Source of the DNA: Rickettsia typhi
GTDB lineage: Bacteria; Pseudomonadota; Alphaproteobacteria; Rickettsiales; UBA1997
Assembly (NCBI GenBank): GCA_945862535.1
Contig: CAMAYG010000006.1
Location: forward strand, 5,678-69,677
Direction: 5' to 3'
Length of the DNA: 64,000 bases
Positions 38,642-49,189 of the stretch are shown here, piece by piece. The notes under the pieces were generated by a model. The model did not search any database, had not been told where the DNA came from, and saw only the letters and a program-made list of their open reading frames with translations. The number at the start of each line of letters is the position of its first letter. The stretch's first letter is position 1. A program made the translations under genes and the position numbers.

Positions 38642-41344
38642 ATGACACAAATCGCAACAATTCAGCAAAAACTGCAAGAACTATTTCCCGAATTTAAAAA
38701 TTACAAACAGCTAGAGCTAGAGCTTTACAAAGAAGATCGTTCACAAATTGTTGAAAAACTGCTTTCCGTGGCAGAATTAAAAGCCCATTTTTTCTACGAA
38801 ACCGCTGGTATATTGGTTTTTGATTGCCAAAAACTTAGCGATTTTCTTCGCCAAAAAGAGGTTTTCGCCTCCTCTTACACCAAATATAAAAACAAAATCA
38901 CCCTTATGGCTGGCGAAAAATCTATCGCCACAGGGCTTGGTGCAGTGGTTTTAAACTTCCCATTTAAGGAATGTATTTTAGAAGGCGGAATGTCTACCGA
39001 AGACAAAAAGCGGAGCGAAATATTCTACAACCAAACCCTTGCCCCCGAAGAAATCACAAGGCTTTCCGAGCCGAAAGTTTTAACAAATTTTACAAGAATT
39101 AGTGCCAAAACATTAAATAACCCTCCCCCAAGATTTTATTTTCTGGGAGGGTCGCAGAGCCAACTTGTTGGCGATGCGGGGAGGGGTGCAAATAATATTC
39201 TCAACAATATTGAGGATAAAAACGAAGCCAATGAAACAGCGAGATCTAGCAACCCTCCCCTTGATAGCGACGCAGCCAATGAAACAGCGAGATCTAGCAA
39301 CCCTCCCCTTGAGGGAGGGTCGAAATTGCTTGCAATTTCGGGGAGGGGTTACAAAACAGCAAACCTAAAATTCGCAAAAGAAATGCGAAAAGAGATGACA
39401 AAACAAGAATTTAAACTATGGAATATTTTAAAGTCAAATCAATTGGGTTTTAAATTTAGAAGACAACATCCTGTAGGTGATTTTATAACCGATTTTTGCT
39501 GTTTAGAGAAAAAGCTGGTAATTGAATTAGATGGAGGTCAGCATATAGAGCAAGAAGATTACGATAAACAAAGAACTGCATTTTTAAACTCCTGCGGTTT
39601 TAAAGTCATTCGCTTTTGGAATAATGAATTTATGAAAAATATTGATGGCTGTGCAGAGTTTATTATTGATTGCTTAAATGACAAGACCCCTCCCCAAATC
39701 TCCGCTGGAGATTTAACCCTCCCAGAAAATAAAATCTTGGGGGAGGGTTATTTAGCCCAACATTACGATTCCGCCCTAAGCGACGAAGCCAATGAAACAG
39801 CGAGATCTAGCAACCCTCCCCTTGACGGGGGGTCGCAGAGCCAACTTGTTGGCGATGCGGGGAGGGGTGCAAATAATATTCTCAACAATATTGAGGATAA
39901 AAACGAAGCCAATGAAACAGCGAGATCTAGCAACCCTCCCCTTGACGGGGGGTCGCAGAGCCAACTTGTTGGCGATGCGGGGCGGGGTAATAATCTTTAC
40001 CACAACTCAAGCCCTAATTTTTTTGAAAACACTCCTGACCCCTCCCCCCGTCAAGGGGAGGGTTGGAAAACAACTAATCAAGATCTAAAGCAGAAATACC
40101 CTAAATTCAACCACGAAACCGACAACATGCTAATCAAAGGCAATAATCTATTGGCACTTTATAGCCTATTGCCAAAATATCGCGGTAAAGTGAAGCTTAT
40201 CTACATCGACCCGCCCTATAACACAGGCAACGACGGCTTTAAATATAATGATAATTTTAACCATTCCACTTGGTTGGTATTTATGAAAAACCGCCTTGAA
40301 GTTGCAAATGATTTACTTGCGGATGATGGATTTTTAATGATTAATTGCTTTTCTGATGATGTTCACTATTTAAAATGTTTAATTGATGAAATTTTTTCAA
40401 TTTCTAATTTTTGTAACGATATAATTTTACCATTTTACGATTCTCGATCAGTTTCTGATAAATACTTACCAAAAAAACATTCTAATGTTTTATTATATCG
40501 AAAAAGCCATAAAGCTAAAATAAATCATCTTAAATACACTAATGGATGGGGATATTCTTATCTAAGAGATAATTTAAAAAGAATTAATAAATTTAAAAAT
40601 CTACTAACAAACGACGAGATAAATAAACTACCTAGAATGGATTTTGATTTTGAGAACATTTTTTTAAACGACTTTATTCCTTCTCAGCTAATTTTTATTC
40701 AAAGATCGCCTGATAAGTCTCAATTTTTTGATTTAAGATTAGTGGAAAATGGCAGAAAACAAGAATGCATTAAAAACTTTAATTCTCGACAAAATTCCGA
40801 AGAAATTCTTTCTATTTTAATGGAAATCGCCACCAAGCCCGGCGACCTCATCCTTGATTTCTTCGCAGGCTCTGGCACCACTCCAGCCGTTGCCCATAAG
40901 ATGGGACGAAGGTGGATTGCAATTGAACAAATGGATTATATTGAAACCATCACCAAAACAAGGCTAAAAAAGGTTTTGGATGGCGAACAGGGTGGTGTTA
41001 GCAAAAACCAAAACTGGCAAGGCGGAGGCAGTTTTTGCTATTTCGAGCTTTTTGAGTGGAATAAAAAATTTGCCGATTTAATTGATAGAGCAGAAAACCA
41101 AGACGAGCTTACGGAAGTCTATGAGGAAATTAAAGAGCAAGCCTTTTGGCGATATGATTTTAGCATAACCGATAAAGAATTTACGGCACTAAATTTAGAG
41201 GAGCAAAAGCAGTTAATGGTGGAAATGCTTAATAAAAATCACCTCTATTGCAATATTGGCGAAATTGCCGACGAAAGCTATAAAATTTTGGCAGAAGATC
41301 TAGAATTTAACAAAGATTTTTACGAGAACAGTTTTTATGAGTAA
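38642..41344 (+). CDS. mod: type III restriction-modification methyltransferase Mod with in-frame DUF559/repeat insertion
   Basis: IKGNNLLAL, IYIDPPYN, LDFFAGSGTT; overlaps res. Confidence 0.9.
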   Translation: MTQIATIQQKLQELFPEFKNYKQLELELYKEDRSQIVEKLLSVAELKAHFFYETAGILVFDCQKLSDFLRQKEVFASSYTKYKNKITLMAGEKSIATGLGAVVLNFPFKECILEGGMSTEDKKRSEIFYNQTLAPEEITRLSEPKVLTNFTRISAKTLNNPPPRFYFLGGSQSQLVGDAGRGANNILNNIEDKNEANETARSSNPPLDSDAANETARSSNPPLEGGSKLLAISGRGYKTANLKFAKEMRKEMTKQEFKLWNILKSNQLGFKFRRQHPVGDFITDFCCLEKKLVIELDGGQHIEQEDYDKQRTAFLNSCGFKVIRFWNNEFMKNIDGCAEFIIDCLNDKTPPQISAGDLTLPENKILGEGYLAQHYDSALSDEANETARSSNPPLDGGSQSQLVGDAGRGANNILNNIEDKNEANETARSSNPPLDGGSQSQLVGDAGRGNNLYHNSSPNFFENTPDPSPRQGEGWKTTNQDLKQKYPKFNHETDNMLIKGNNLLALYSLLPKYRGKVKLIYIDPPYNTGNDGFKYNDNFNHSTWLVFMKNRLEVANDLLADDGFLMINCFSDDVHYLKCLIDEIFSISNFCNDIILPFYDSRSVSDKYLPKKHSNVLLYRKSHKAKINHLKYTNGWGYSYLRDNLKRINKFKNLLTNDEINKLPRMDFDFENIFLNDFIPSQLIFIQRSPDKSQFFDLRLVENGRKQECIKNFNSRQNSEEILSILMEIATKPGDLILDFFAGSGTTPAVAHKMGRRWIAIEQMDYIETITKTRLKKVLDGEQGGVSKNQNWQGGGSFCYFELFEWNKKFADLIDRAENQDELTEVYEEIKEQAFWRYDFSITDKEFTALNLEEQKQLMVEMLNKNHLYCNIGEIADESYKILAEDLEFNKDFYENSFYE
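39114..40075 (+). mobile_element. family B palindromic repeat element carrying a DUF559 (Vsr-like) nuclease domain, inserted in frame in mod
   Basis: MT..E.KLW..L, FKFRRQHP, DFCC...LVIELDGGQH, VIRFWN; perfect 38-bp IR 39114-39151 / 39717-39754; direct repeats of about 115 bp. Confidence 0.75.
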
Positions 41345-43883
41345 TATGCTATTTGAAAAATATAATTTTTATAGTGAAGATGGTATTTTGCCAAATTTAC
41401 CAAAATGTTTCGACGGCCTAACAAGGCAATCACGACCTTATCAAATCGAGGCTTTCAAGAGATTTTGCTACTATTTTGAAAAAGGCAAGAAAACAAAGCC
41501 GATACACCTTCTTTTTCAGATGGCAACTGGCTCGGGCAAAACCCACATAATGGCAGGGCTAATGCTTTATTTATATGAAAAAGGTTATAGGAATTTTTTA
41601 TTTTTTGTTAATTCAACAGCAATTTTGGAAAAAACCCGAGAAAACTTTTTGGCTATTGGTAGCGAAAAATGCCTTTTTAACAATAAAATTGCGGTGCAAG
41701 AGGTAGCAAATTTTGAGTTCGTGCGGGAAGATGCCATTAATATTTGCTTGAAGTCAATTCAGAAATTACATATTGATTTAAGCAATCCAAAAGAAAATAT
41801 GCTGTCGCTCGAAGATTTAGCTGGCAAAAAAATTGTTATGCTTGCCGATGAAGCTCATCATATTAACAGCGAAACCAAGAAAAAACTTAGCCAAAGCGAA
41901 GAGCAAGAAAAACAAAGCTGGGAAGGCACGGTAATGAAAATCCTTAATGCTAATTACGAAAATCTGTTGCTTGATTTTACCGCTACGATGGATATGGAAA
42001 ACCAAGATTTGCTTGAGAAATATCGCGAAAAGCTAATTTACAAATATAACCTCAAGGAATTTAGAAATGATGGCTATTCTAAAGAAGTTTTTTCACTACA
42101 AACGACAATCGACGATAGAGAAGAAGGCGAAAGGCTCTTTAAAAGAACATTGCTGGCTTGTGTAGTTAGCGAATTTCGCCGAATGCTTGCTCTTGAAAAT
42201 GGCTTAGCGATTAAACCCTGTATTTTGGTAAAGTTAAAGCTCAAAAAAGATGCCAAAAATGCAATGGCAGAATTTTTGGAAAAACTGGGAGGCCTTAAAA
42301 ATATTGACTGGGTTTTTAGCTGGGTTTTTAATATTAAGACCGAAGATGAAAGCTCGAATATTTTGCTAAATGCCATTAAATTTTTTAAGCAAAAGCAAAT
42401 TGATGGCAATAGGCTGGTTGAAATTTTAAAATTGTCATTTGCTAAAGAATTTTTGCATATTGCAACCGATAACCACAAGGAAGACCATATCCTTAACACA
42501 ATGGAAAGCAACCAAATTAGGATGATTTACGATGTCGACCGCCTTACCGAAGGCTGGGATGTGCTAAATTTATTCGATATTGTTAGGCTTTACGAAACTC
42601 GAGATAATTCCACCATGAAAGAGGCTCAATTAATTGGCAGAGGTGCCAGATATTGCCCCTTTAAAGTGGAGGGCTTTGATGACAAATTTACCAGAAAATT
42701 CGACCAAGATTTAGCCAATATTCTTCGCCCATTAGAGCAAATGCATTATCATTGCCAAAATGAAAGTAAGTTTATTTCCGAACTTAACCAAGCATTAATT
42801 AAAGAAGGCTTAAAAGATATAAAAAGATTTGAAACCAAGGTTGTGGTAAAGCAAAAATTTAAAGAAACCGCTATTTATAAAAAATTTGCCATTTATTTAA
42901 ATCATCAAAAAAAGCGGGAATATGAGCTTTTCAATCAAGAAAAAATTATCGACAATTATCATTTAGACCAATTAATTCAAATTAATTGCGAAGATTTTGC
43001 AATAAAAAGCGAAAATTTGCTAAAAAACAACTTGCCAGATCAAAATGAAGAGAAATTGGGCGGTAAAACCAAAAATTTCTCTTTTAACGATTTTAAAGAT
43101 TGGCAAGTGGCAAATTATATGGATCTAAAAGCATTTAATGATTTTTTTCATTTTAAAAATATTAAAAAGAAATTTCCGCAAGTAAAATCGAAAAAAGAAT
43201 TTATTAAGCAATATTTAGGAAATACCAAAATTCAGGCAGTAAATTTCGATGGCAATATTGCCAATTTATTAAAAAATGCTCTAAATATTGTAAAAAACCG
43301 CATTGAAGGCAATTATACCGAATTTGAAGGAACGGCAGATTTTAGCCGAGAAAAACCCATTATTAGCTCGGTTTCAGACAAAATTCTTTATTTTAACCAA
43401 GAACAAAAGAAAACTGCAAATTACGAGTTTCTTGCTCAAGAAAATATCGATGCCACCGCAGAAGAAAAGGCTTTCCTAAATTTTGTTAACGATCGATATG
43501 AAAATATTAAAGAAAAAACCGAATATTTTTGGATTATTAGGAATTTAAAATTTTTCGAAATTTATACTTTCAAAAACGGGCAGAAAATCGAGCCAGATTT
43601 TATTATTTTAAGCAAATTGCAAAATGGCGAAAGTGCTAATATGCAAGTATTTATCGAGCCAAAAGGCAGTCATTTACTACAAAAAACTAGCGAAGTTTTA
43701 AAGGAAGAATTTTTGCAAAATATTAATACAAAGTTTGAGGGCAATATAATTAAATCCTTAGGCTTTTTTAACTCGGACCCGCAAGAAAAGCTTAATTTTG
43801 CTAATTCAAATGAACAGTCGCAAGAGCAATCACGGCTAGAAATTTTTACGAAAAATTTTGAGAAAATTTTTGAATTAATCTAA
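41337..43883 (+). CDS. res: type III restriction endonuclease Res subunit
   Basis: MATGSGKT, DEAHH, TAT, EGWDV, Q.IGRGAR, EPDF...IEPKG nuclease motif. Confidence 0.92.
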   Translation: MSNMLFEKYNFYSEDGILPNLPKCFDGLTRQSRPYQIEAFKRFCYYFEKGKKTKPIHLLFQMATGSGKTHIMAGLMLYLYEKGYRNFLFFVNSTAILEKTRENFLAIGSEKCLFNNKIAVQEVANFEFVREDAINICLKSIQKLHIDLSNPKENMLSLEDLAGKKIVMLADEAHHINSETKKKLSQSEEQEKQSWEGTVMKILNANYENLLLDFTATMDMENQDLLEKYREKLIYKYNLKEFRNDGYSKEVFSLQTTIDDREEGERLFKRTLLACVVSEFRRMLALENGLAIKPCILVKLKLKKDAKNAMAEFLEKLGGLKNIDWVFSWVFNIKTEDESSNILLNAIKFFKQKQIDGNRLVEILKLSFAKEFLHIATDNHKEDHILNTMESNQIRMIYDVDRLTEGWDVLNLFDIVRLYETRDNSTMKEAQLIGRGARYCPFKVEGFDDKFTRKFDQDLANILRPLEQMHYHCQNESKFISELNQALIKEGLKDIKRFETKVVVKQKFKETAIYKKFAIYLNHQKKREYELFNQEKIIDNYHLDQLIQINCEDFAIKSENLLKNNLPDQNEEKLGGKTKNFSFNDFKDWQVANYMDLKAFNDFFHFKNIKKKFPQVKSKKEFIKQYLGNTKIQAVNFDGNIANLLKNALNIVKNRIEGNYTEFEGTADFSREKPIISSVSDKILYFNQEQKKTANYEFLAQENIDATAEEKAFLNFVNDRYENIKEKTEYFWIIRNLKFFEIYTFKNGQKIEPDFIILSKLQNGESANMQVFIEPKGSHLLQKTSEVLKEEFLQNINTKFEGNIIKSLGFFNSDPQEKLNFANSNEQSQEQSRLEIFTKNFEKIFELI

Positions 43884-43886
43884 AAA

Positions 43887-44693
43887 ATGCAAATTTACCA
43901 ACATTATAGCGAAAACGGGCTTTTTTCCAGTAAGATTTATCATTTTACAACAATAGATAGCACCAATGAAGAAGCCAAAAGACGGGCAGAAACACATCAA
44001 TTGCAAAATTTCGACATTATCATTAGCAACGAACAAAGCACAGGTAAAGGCAGAAATAATAAAGATTGGCACTCGCCATTAGGGAATTTATACTTCTCGA
44101 TCTATCTTAACAACGAAGAAGTTAATAAAATCAACAATCGAGCCTATATATTTAATGTTATCGCAATTTTATCGATGCATTTAGCAATTTCTAAATTACT
44201 AACAAAAGATCAACTTTTAGCATTAAAAATAAAATGGCCTAATGATTTATTATTTAACAATAAAAAAATCTGCGGAATTCTTTCAAAAATATCGCAAAAC
44301 AACAGTGGTGAAAAATCTAAGGAAAAATTTATGATAATTGGCATTGGAGTAAATATTAACAACCATCCACCAGATGAACTCCTTAACAATTTTAAAGCGA
44401 CAAATCTGCAAGAAATTGGGGTAAATACCAATAATATTGCCTTGTTAGAGCTTTTTCTTGATCGATTTTTTACCACATATCAAAAATGGCAAAATTTTGG
44501 CGAAGACTTAATTCGCCAACAATGGCTACAATATGCCCATAATCTTAACCAAGAAATTACCCTTTCATTAGAGCAAGAAATTTATCGCGGTATTTTTAGA
44601 GGAATAGACCAAGATTTCAACCTTATATTACAACTGCCAAATAACCAAATTAAAAAGATTGGTTTTTGCGAAATACTCGCCATTGAATCATAG
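43887..44693 (+). CDS. birA: biotin--[acetyl-CoA-carboxylase] ligase
   Basis: IDSTN, Q..GKGR...W.SP.GNLY, KWPND, KKICGIL. Confidence 0.93.
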   Translation: MQIYQHYSENGLFSSKIYHFTTIDSTNEEAKRRAETHQLQNFDIIISNEQSTGKGRNNKDWHSPLGNLYFSIYLNNEEVNKINNRAYIFNVIAILSMHLAISKLLTKDQLLALKIKWPNDLLFNNKKICGILSKISQNNSGEKSKEKFMIIGIGVNINNHPPDELLNNFKATNLQEIGVNTNNIALLELFLDRFFTTYQKWQNFGEDLIRQQWLQYAHNLNQEITLSLEQEIYRGIFRGIDQDFNLILQLPNNQIKKIGFCEILAIES

Positions 44694-44743
44694 GCATTGA
44701 ATCGTAGGAATTGAATCGTAGGAATTGAATTATAGGCATTAAA
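44682..44743. repeat. 14-bp tandem repeat spanning the birA stop codon
   Basis: attgaatc(a/g)tagg(c/a), about 4 copies. Confidence 0.85.
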
Positions 44744-44946
44744 TAATATAACTAATTGCAGAAAATATTTTTAATTTAACCAATTAAAGCTATTGACAAT
44801 TTGTTTTTTTAGTTTTATCTTGCTTTTTAATTGATAATCATTTCAATAAATAGCTCGATTTAAATAAAAATAATCGACAGAAGATAATCAATGGCACAGC
44901 ACAAAACTAAGTTAAATCAACTTAAGTAGCTGGTCAAAAAACTTTA

Positions 44947-45022
44947 GGGGATATAGCTCAGTTGGTAGAGCATCTGCTTTGCAAGCAGAGGGTCAGGAGT
45001 TCGAATCTCCTTATCTCCACCA
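44947..45022 (+). tRNA. tRNA-Ala(TGC)
   Basis: GGGGATATAGCTCAGTTGGTAGAGC, anticodon loop TT-TGC-AA, TTCGAAT, ACCA; 76 nt. Confidence 0.96.
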
Positions 45023-45112
45023 TTTTAAAATAAGTTTTAAAATATAGTCAAAGCATTAATTTAATTAAAGCAGCTACCAAAGTTCAAAATAGCCACAACA
45101 CCTAATTAAAAT

Positions 45113-45679
45113 ATGTTAGAAACTCACGAAACACTAGAAAATAATCAAAAACAAGCTCCAAAATACAATATCTTAGCCAGAATATTGCATTGGCTTATTG
45201 CGATACTAATTATTACTGTTTTCTCTTTAGGCCTAGCCATAGAAGAATTAGAAGATAGTAACTTTAAATATATTGCTAATCTCTATCAAATTCACAAAAT
45301 AACCGGTGTTATTATTTTCTTGCTACTCATCCCCAGAATCTTAAACCGCATATTATTTAAAGCCCCTGCACTGCCTAATGCTTTTAAAAGGAACGAAGTG
45401 ATATTTGCTAAATTAGGCCATATCGTTCTTTACTTATTAATGCTAATTGCCCCAATTTCTGGCTATTTAATGTCTGGCTTTGCTGGCTACCCCGTTTCTT
45501 TCGGCAATTATCAATTACCAATGCCAAATCCAAATTTTGACCTAGCAAAAACTTTTGCTGAGATTCACGAATTTACAACTTTCGCCCTAATTATCGTTGC
45601 AGTTCTCCATATTCTTATTGCTCTAAAACATCGTTTTTTCGACATTAAAGAAAAAAATATTCTTGGCAGAATGCTGTAA
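45113..45679 (+). CDS. cytochrome b561 (CybB/YceJ-like)
   Basis: LHWL, HK..G, H..LY, P.SG, HE, LHI..ALKH heme-ligand pattern; 4 TM segments. Confidence 0.9.
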   Translation: MLETHETLENNQKQAPKYNILARILHWLIAILIITVFSLGLAIEELEDSNFKYIANLYQIHKITGVIIFLLLIPRILNRILFKAPALPNAFKRNEVIFAKLGHIVLYLLMLIAPISGYLMSGFAGYPVSFGNYQLPMPNPNFDLAKTFAEIHEFTTFALIIVAVLHILIALKHRFFDIKEKNILGRML

Positions 45680-45789
45680 TAAAGCTTTAAAATACTATTC
45701 TCAACTTGCTACAAACATTAAAGCAATAGATTTTAAGCACTAATCAAAACATTTAACAACATATTTAATCACCAAATATAGGCAATATA

Positions 45790-47700
45790 ATGCAATCTTC
45801 ACCACAAAATATTTTACCTAAGGGCACTTCCCCGCAAAACACTTCCCCGCAAGGGACTTCCCAACAAGGGACTTCCCAACAAGGGACTTCCTCGCAAAGT
45901 ATTTCGCTACAAGGTCGTAAATGGCAAGAAAAACTAATAGATTACGATTTCGCCAATTACCTTATTCGCCAACACAATATTACAGAATTTTTAGCCAAAT
46001 TCCTTAGTGCAAATATTAATAAAGATGAAGCACTAGCCGATGAATCGATAATTACCAATTTTCTTAATCCAAAAATTAAAAATCTTTTACCAGATCCGTT
46101 CTTATTACTCGATATGGATTTGGCGATTAATTTTACCATCGAAACCATTAATAAAAAAAAGAAAATTGCCATATTTGCCGATTACGATGTCGATGGGGCA
46201 ACCTCCGCGGCAATAATGCATCAATTTTTTACTGCCATTAACACAGAAATTACTATCTATGTCCCAGATAGAATAAGCGAAGGCTACGGCCCAAATAGCG
46301 AAGCCTTAATTAAGTTAAAAGATCAGGGTGTCGATTTGGTAATTACGGTAGATTGTGGCACAACAGCATTTGAGCCATTGCAAAAAGCCAAAGATGCTGG
46401 ACTCGATATCATTGTTATCGACCATCATATTGGGGCGACTAATAAGCCAAATGCTATTGCGGTTATTAACCCCAATCGCCTAGATGAAACATTTCCGGTT
46501 AAAAATATTTGCGCCGCCACAGTCTGTTTTTTGTTTTTAGTTGCTCTAAATCAAAAATTAAGAAACTGCGATTTCTACAATCAAAACCAACTAGAATCGC
46601 CAAATTTAATGGCAATGCTCGACCTAGTTGCACTTGGGACGGTGTGCGATGTTATGCCACTAACGGGGCTAAATAGGGCAATAGTTTCAAGCGGTTTAAA
46701 AATTATCAATCAAAAAAACAACCTTGGGATAAAAAGCCTTATCGAAATCGCCAAAGCTCAAGAAAAAATTACCTCTTATCACCTTGGTTTTATTATCGGC
46801 CCCAGAATTAATGCTGGCGGAAGAATTGGCGATTCTAACCTTGGAGCAAAATTACTCACTTGTAAAAAGCCCGCAGAAGCCGAGCAAATTGCCACCCTAC
46901 TCGATACTCATAATCAACAGCGAAAAGAGCTAGAAAATATCGCTTTACAAGAAGCAATAGCAATAATAGAAAATAGCACAGATTTTCTCAATAATAGCAA
47001 TTCTAATAACATCATTTTTGTTGCTTCGCAAAATTGGCATCAGGGCATTATTGGCATTATCGCTTCTCGCCTTAAAGATAAATACAACAAACCAACAGCA
47101 GTAATGTCGATAGATGAAGAAGGTAAATATGCCAAGGCATCTTGTCGCTCAATAGACGGAGTCGATTTTGGCAAGGCAATTATTATGGCAAAAGATCAAG
47201 ATATTCTTATTAGCGGTGGCGGGCATAAAATGGCAGGAGGATACACCGTCTCAACAGAAAATATGACAGCCCTGCAAGATTTTTTTAACAATATTATGCA
47301 ACAAGACATAATAAAAGCAAGAGCGAAGGACTATCAAGAATATAGCTTTGCCATCGAAACAAGCCTTGTTAATCATTGCTTAATGGAAGATCTGGCAACA
47401 TTAGAGCCATTTGGCACAGCAAATCAGAATCCGCTAATTCGTTTCCGCAACTTAACATTAATTAAAGCAATGCCAATTGGCAAAGAGTTACAGCATCTAA
47501 GTATTATTGTTAGCTCGAAAAGCAATATTGGGCTTGGCGGTGTTATTAGTGCAATATATTTCAATGTTCCGGAAGAAATTCTCGACTATTTTATTAATAA
47601 TAAAAATTGCCAATTCGACCTCATCGGAAGTCTAAAAATGAACTACTGGCAAGGCAATGAAAAGCTTCAAATTATTGCTGAAGATGTTATTAAGAATTAG
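45790..47700 (+). CDS. recJ: single-stranded DNA exonuclease RecJ
   Basis: DYDVDG, TVDCG, DHH, GPRINAGGR, GGGH; N-terminal QGTSQ repeats. Confidence 0.96.
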   Translation: MQSSPQNILPKGTSPQNTSPQGTSQQGTSQQGTSSQSISLQGRKWQEKLIDYDFANYLIRQHNITEFLAKFLSANINKDEALADESIITNFLNPKIKNLLPDPFLLLDMDLAINFTIETINKKKKIAIFADYDVDGATSAAIMHQFFTAINTEITIYVPDRISEGYGPNSEALIKLKDQGVDLVITVDCGTTAFEPLQKAKDAGLDIIVIDHHIGATNKPNAIAVINPNRLDETFPVKNICAATVCFLFLVALNQKLRNCDFYNQNQLESPNLMAMLDLVALGTVCDVMPLTGLNRAIVSSGLKIINQKNNLGIKSLIEIAKAQEKITSYHLGFIIGPRINAGGRIGDSNLGAKLLTCKKPAEAEQIATLLDTHNQQRKELENIALQEAIAIIENSTDFLNNSNSNNIIFVASQNWHQGIIGIIASRLKDKYNKPTAVMSIDEEGKYAKASCRSIDGVDFGKAIIMAKDQDILISGGGHKMAGGYTVSTENMTALQDFFNNIMQQDIIKARAKDYQEYSFAIETSLVNHCLMEDLATLEPFGTANQNPLIRFRNLTLIKAMPIGKELQHLSIIVSSKSNIGLGGVISAIYFNVPEEILDYFINNKNCQFDLIGSLKMNYWQGNEKLQIIAEDVIKN

Positions 47701-47709
47701 CTTAAATTT

Positions 47710-48915
47710 CTAGCTATTTTTTAATAACAAACTGCTATCGCCAAAAGAATAAAATTGATATTTTTTTGCAATGGCATGAGTATAGATTTTATGCATTTCA
47801 TCAATGCCAGTAAAAGCAGAAACTAGCATCAGCAAAGTAGATTTCGGCAAATGAAAATTTGTTATCAGGCCGTCGATAACTAAAAAATCATAGCCCGGAT
47901 AAATAAAAATATTGGTATTACCTGCAAAAGATTCTACTATTTTACCACATCCAGAATTGCCAGAATCTAAAGAATTAACAATATTCTTTCTATTTTTCTT
48001 AAAATTATTTGCCGAAGCCTCTAAGGACCTAACCACCGTTGTGCCAACGGCAATAATCCGTCTTTTTTCGGCTTTTGCTTTATTAATTTTATTTGCTAAA
48101 TCTTCGCTAATTTCAAAAAATTCGTAATGCATCTTGTGATCTTCTATTTTTTCAGCCTTTACTGGCAAGAATGTTCCTGCACCAACATTAAGGGTTAAAT
48201 AGCCAATTTCAATGCCTTTTGCCTCGATTTTTGCCATTATTTCGGCTGTAAAATGTAGGCTTGCCGTTGGGGCAGCAACCGCAAAATTACTATCGACAAA
48301 GCTATTTTGTGCCGAATTATCTTTAAAGAAATCATCTTTAGCAAATATAGTCTGATAACTATTAACCGCCTCTTCGCTAGTTGCAATATAAGGAGGCAAA
48401 GGGACATTGCCAAATTTTGCAATTGCCTGCAATATTTGATGATTAATTATATCGACATTATTTGGCTGATAATTTGACTGGTAAAAATCTGCATTGTTCT
48501 TATTATTAGCAAAATAAAATTCTAGTTCGATAAATCCATTTTGGTTTTTTGCCAATATTTTAGCAAAAAAATCTTCGCTAATTTGCAAAATATCTCCACT
48601 TTCGACCTTTTTAGCTGGCTTGCATAATGCTTGCCAAATCGTTAAATCGTTAATTTGCTTTGGCTGATCGAGGTTAAAGCTAATTTCTTTATTATTACTA
48701 AGGTTATTTGCCACAAATTTAGCATTAATAACCTTCGCTTTGTTAAAAATCAACAAATCATCTGGCCGCAAAATATCAAGCAAATCTATTATTTTACTAT
48801 CGACAATTTTGCCATTATCCCAATATAACATTGGGGTTTCTTGCTTGTCTTGCCTTGGTTTCTGAGCAATTAATTCTTCTGGTAAAATAAAGTTAAATGT
48901 TTCGGTTTTATACAT
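47710..48915 (-). CDS. queA: S-adenosylmethionine:tRNA ribosyltransferase-isomerase
   Basis: LPEELIAQ, PLPPYI, AAPTASLHF, VGAGTF, TNFHLP.STL, SFGD; start taken at ATG 48915. Confidence 0.95.
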   Translation of the reverse strand: MYKTETFNFILPEELIAQKPRQDKQETPMLYWDNGKIVDSKIIDLLDILRPDDLLIFNKAKVINAKFVANNLSNNKEISFNLDQPKQINDLTIWQALCKPAKKVESGDILQISEDFFAKILAKNQNGFIELEFYFANNKNNADFYQSNYQPNNVDIINHQILQAIAKFGNVPLPPYIATSEEAVNSYQTIFAKDDFFKDNSAQNSFVDSNFAVAAPTASLHFTAEIMAKIEAKGIEIGYLTLNVGAGTFLPVKAEKIEDHKMHYEFFEISEDLANKINKAKAEKRRIIAVGTTVVRSLEASANNFKKNRKNIVNSLDSGNSGCGKIVESFAGNTNIFIYPGYDFLVIDGLITNFHLPKSTLLMLVSAFTGIDEMHKIYTHAIAKKYQFYSFGDSSLLLKNS

Positions 48916-49189
48916 TTGATAAAAGTAAATGATATTAAGTTTTATTTCCTGAAAAATAAAATTATTCAACTTAGGCAAAAATATTATATTTTCAATAAAA
49001 ATGATTAGATAATATTTATCTTATTACAATTATTATAACTTGCAATTGCGATGGCAGGGTCGTTAATTTAAAATCGCTCAAAATAATTGGCAAAATTTCT
49101 TGATAAAATTTATAATTAAATTATTTTATAATCAGTTTTATAAAATAATTTTATAACAGCAGCAATAGTCAAAGAAACAATTCACCAAT

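Noticed and set aside
39114-40075. Intein in Mod
   Set aside because: No N-terminal Cys/Ser splice block, no terminal His-Asn and no LAGLIDADG motif; the insert consists of DNA palindromes plus DUF559.
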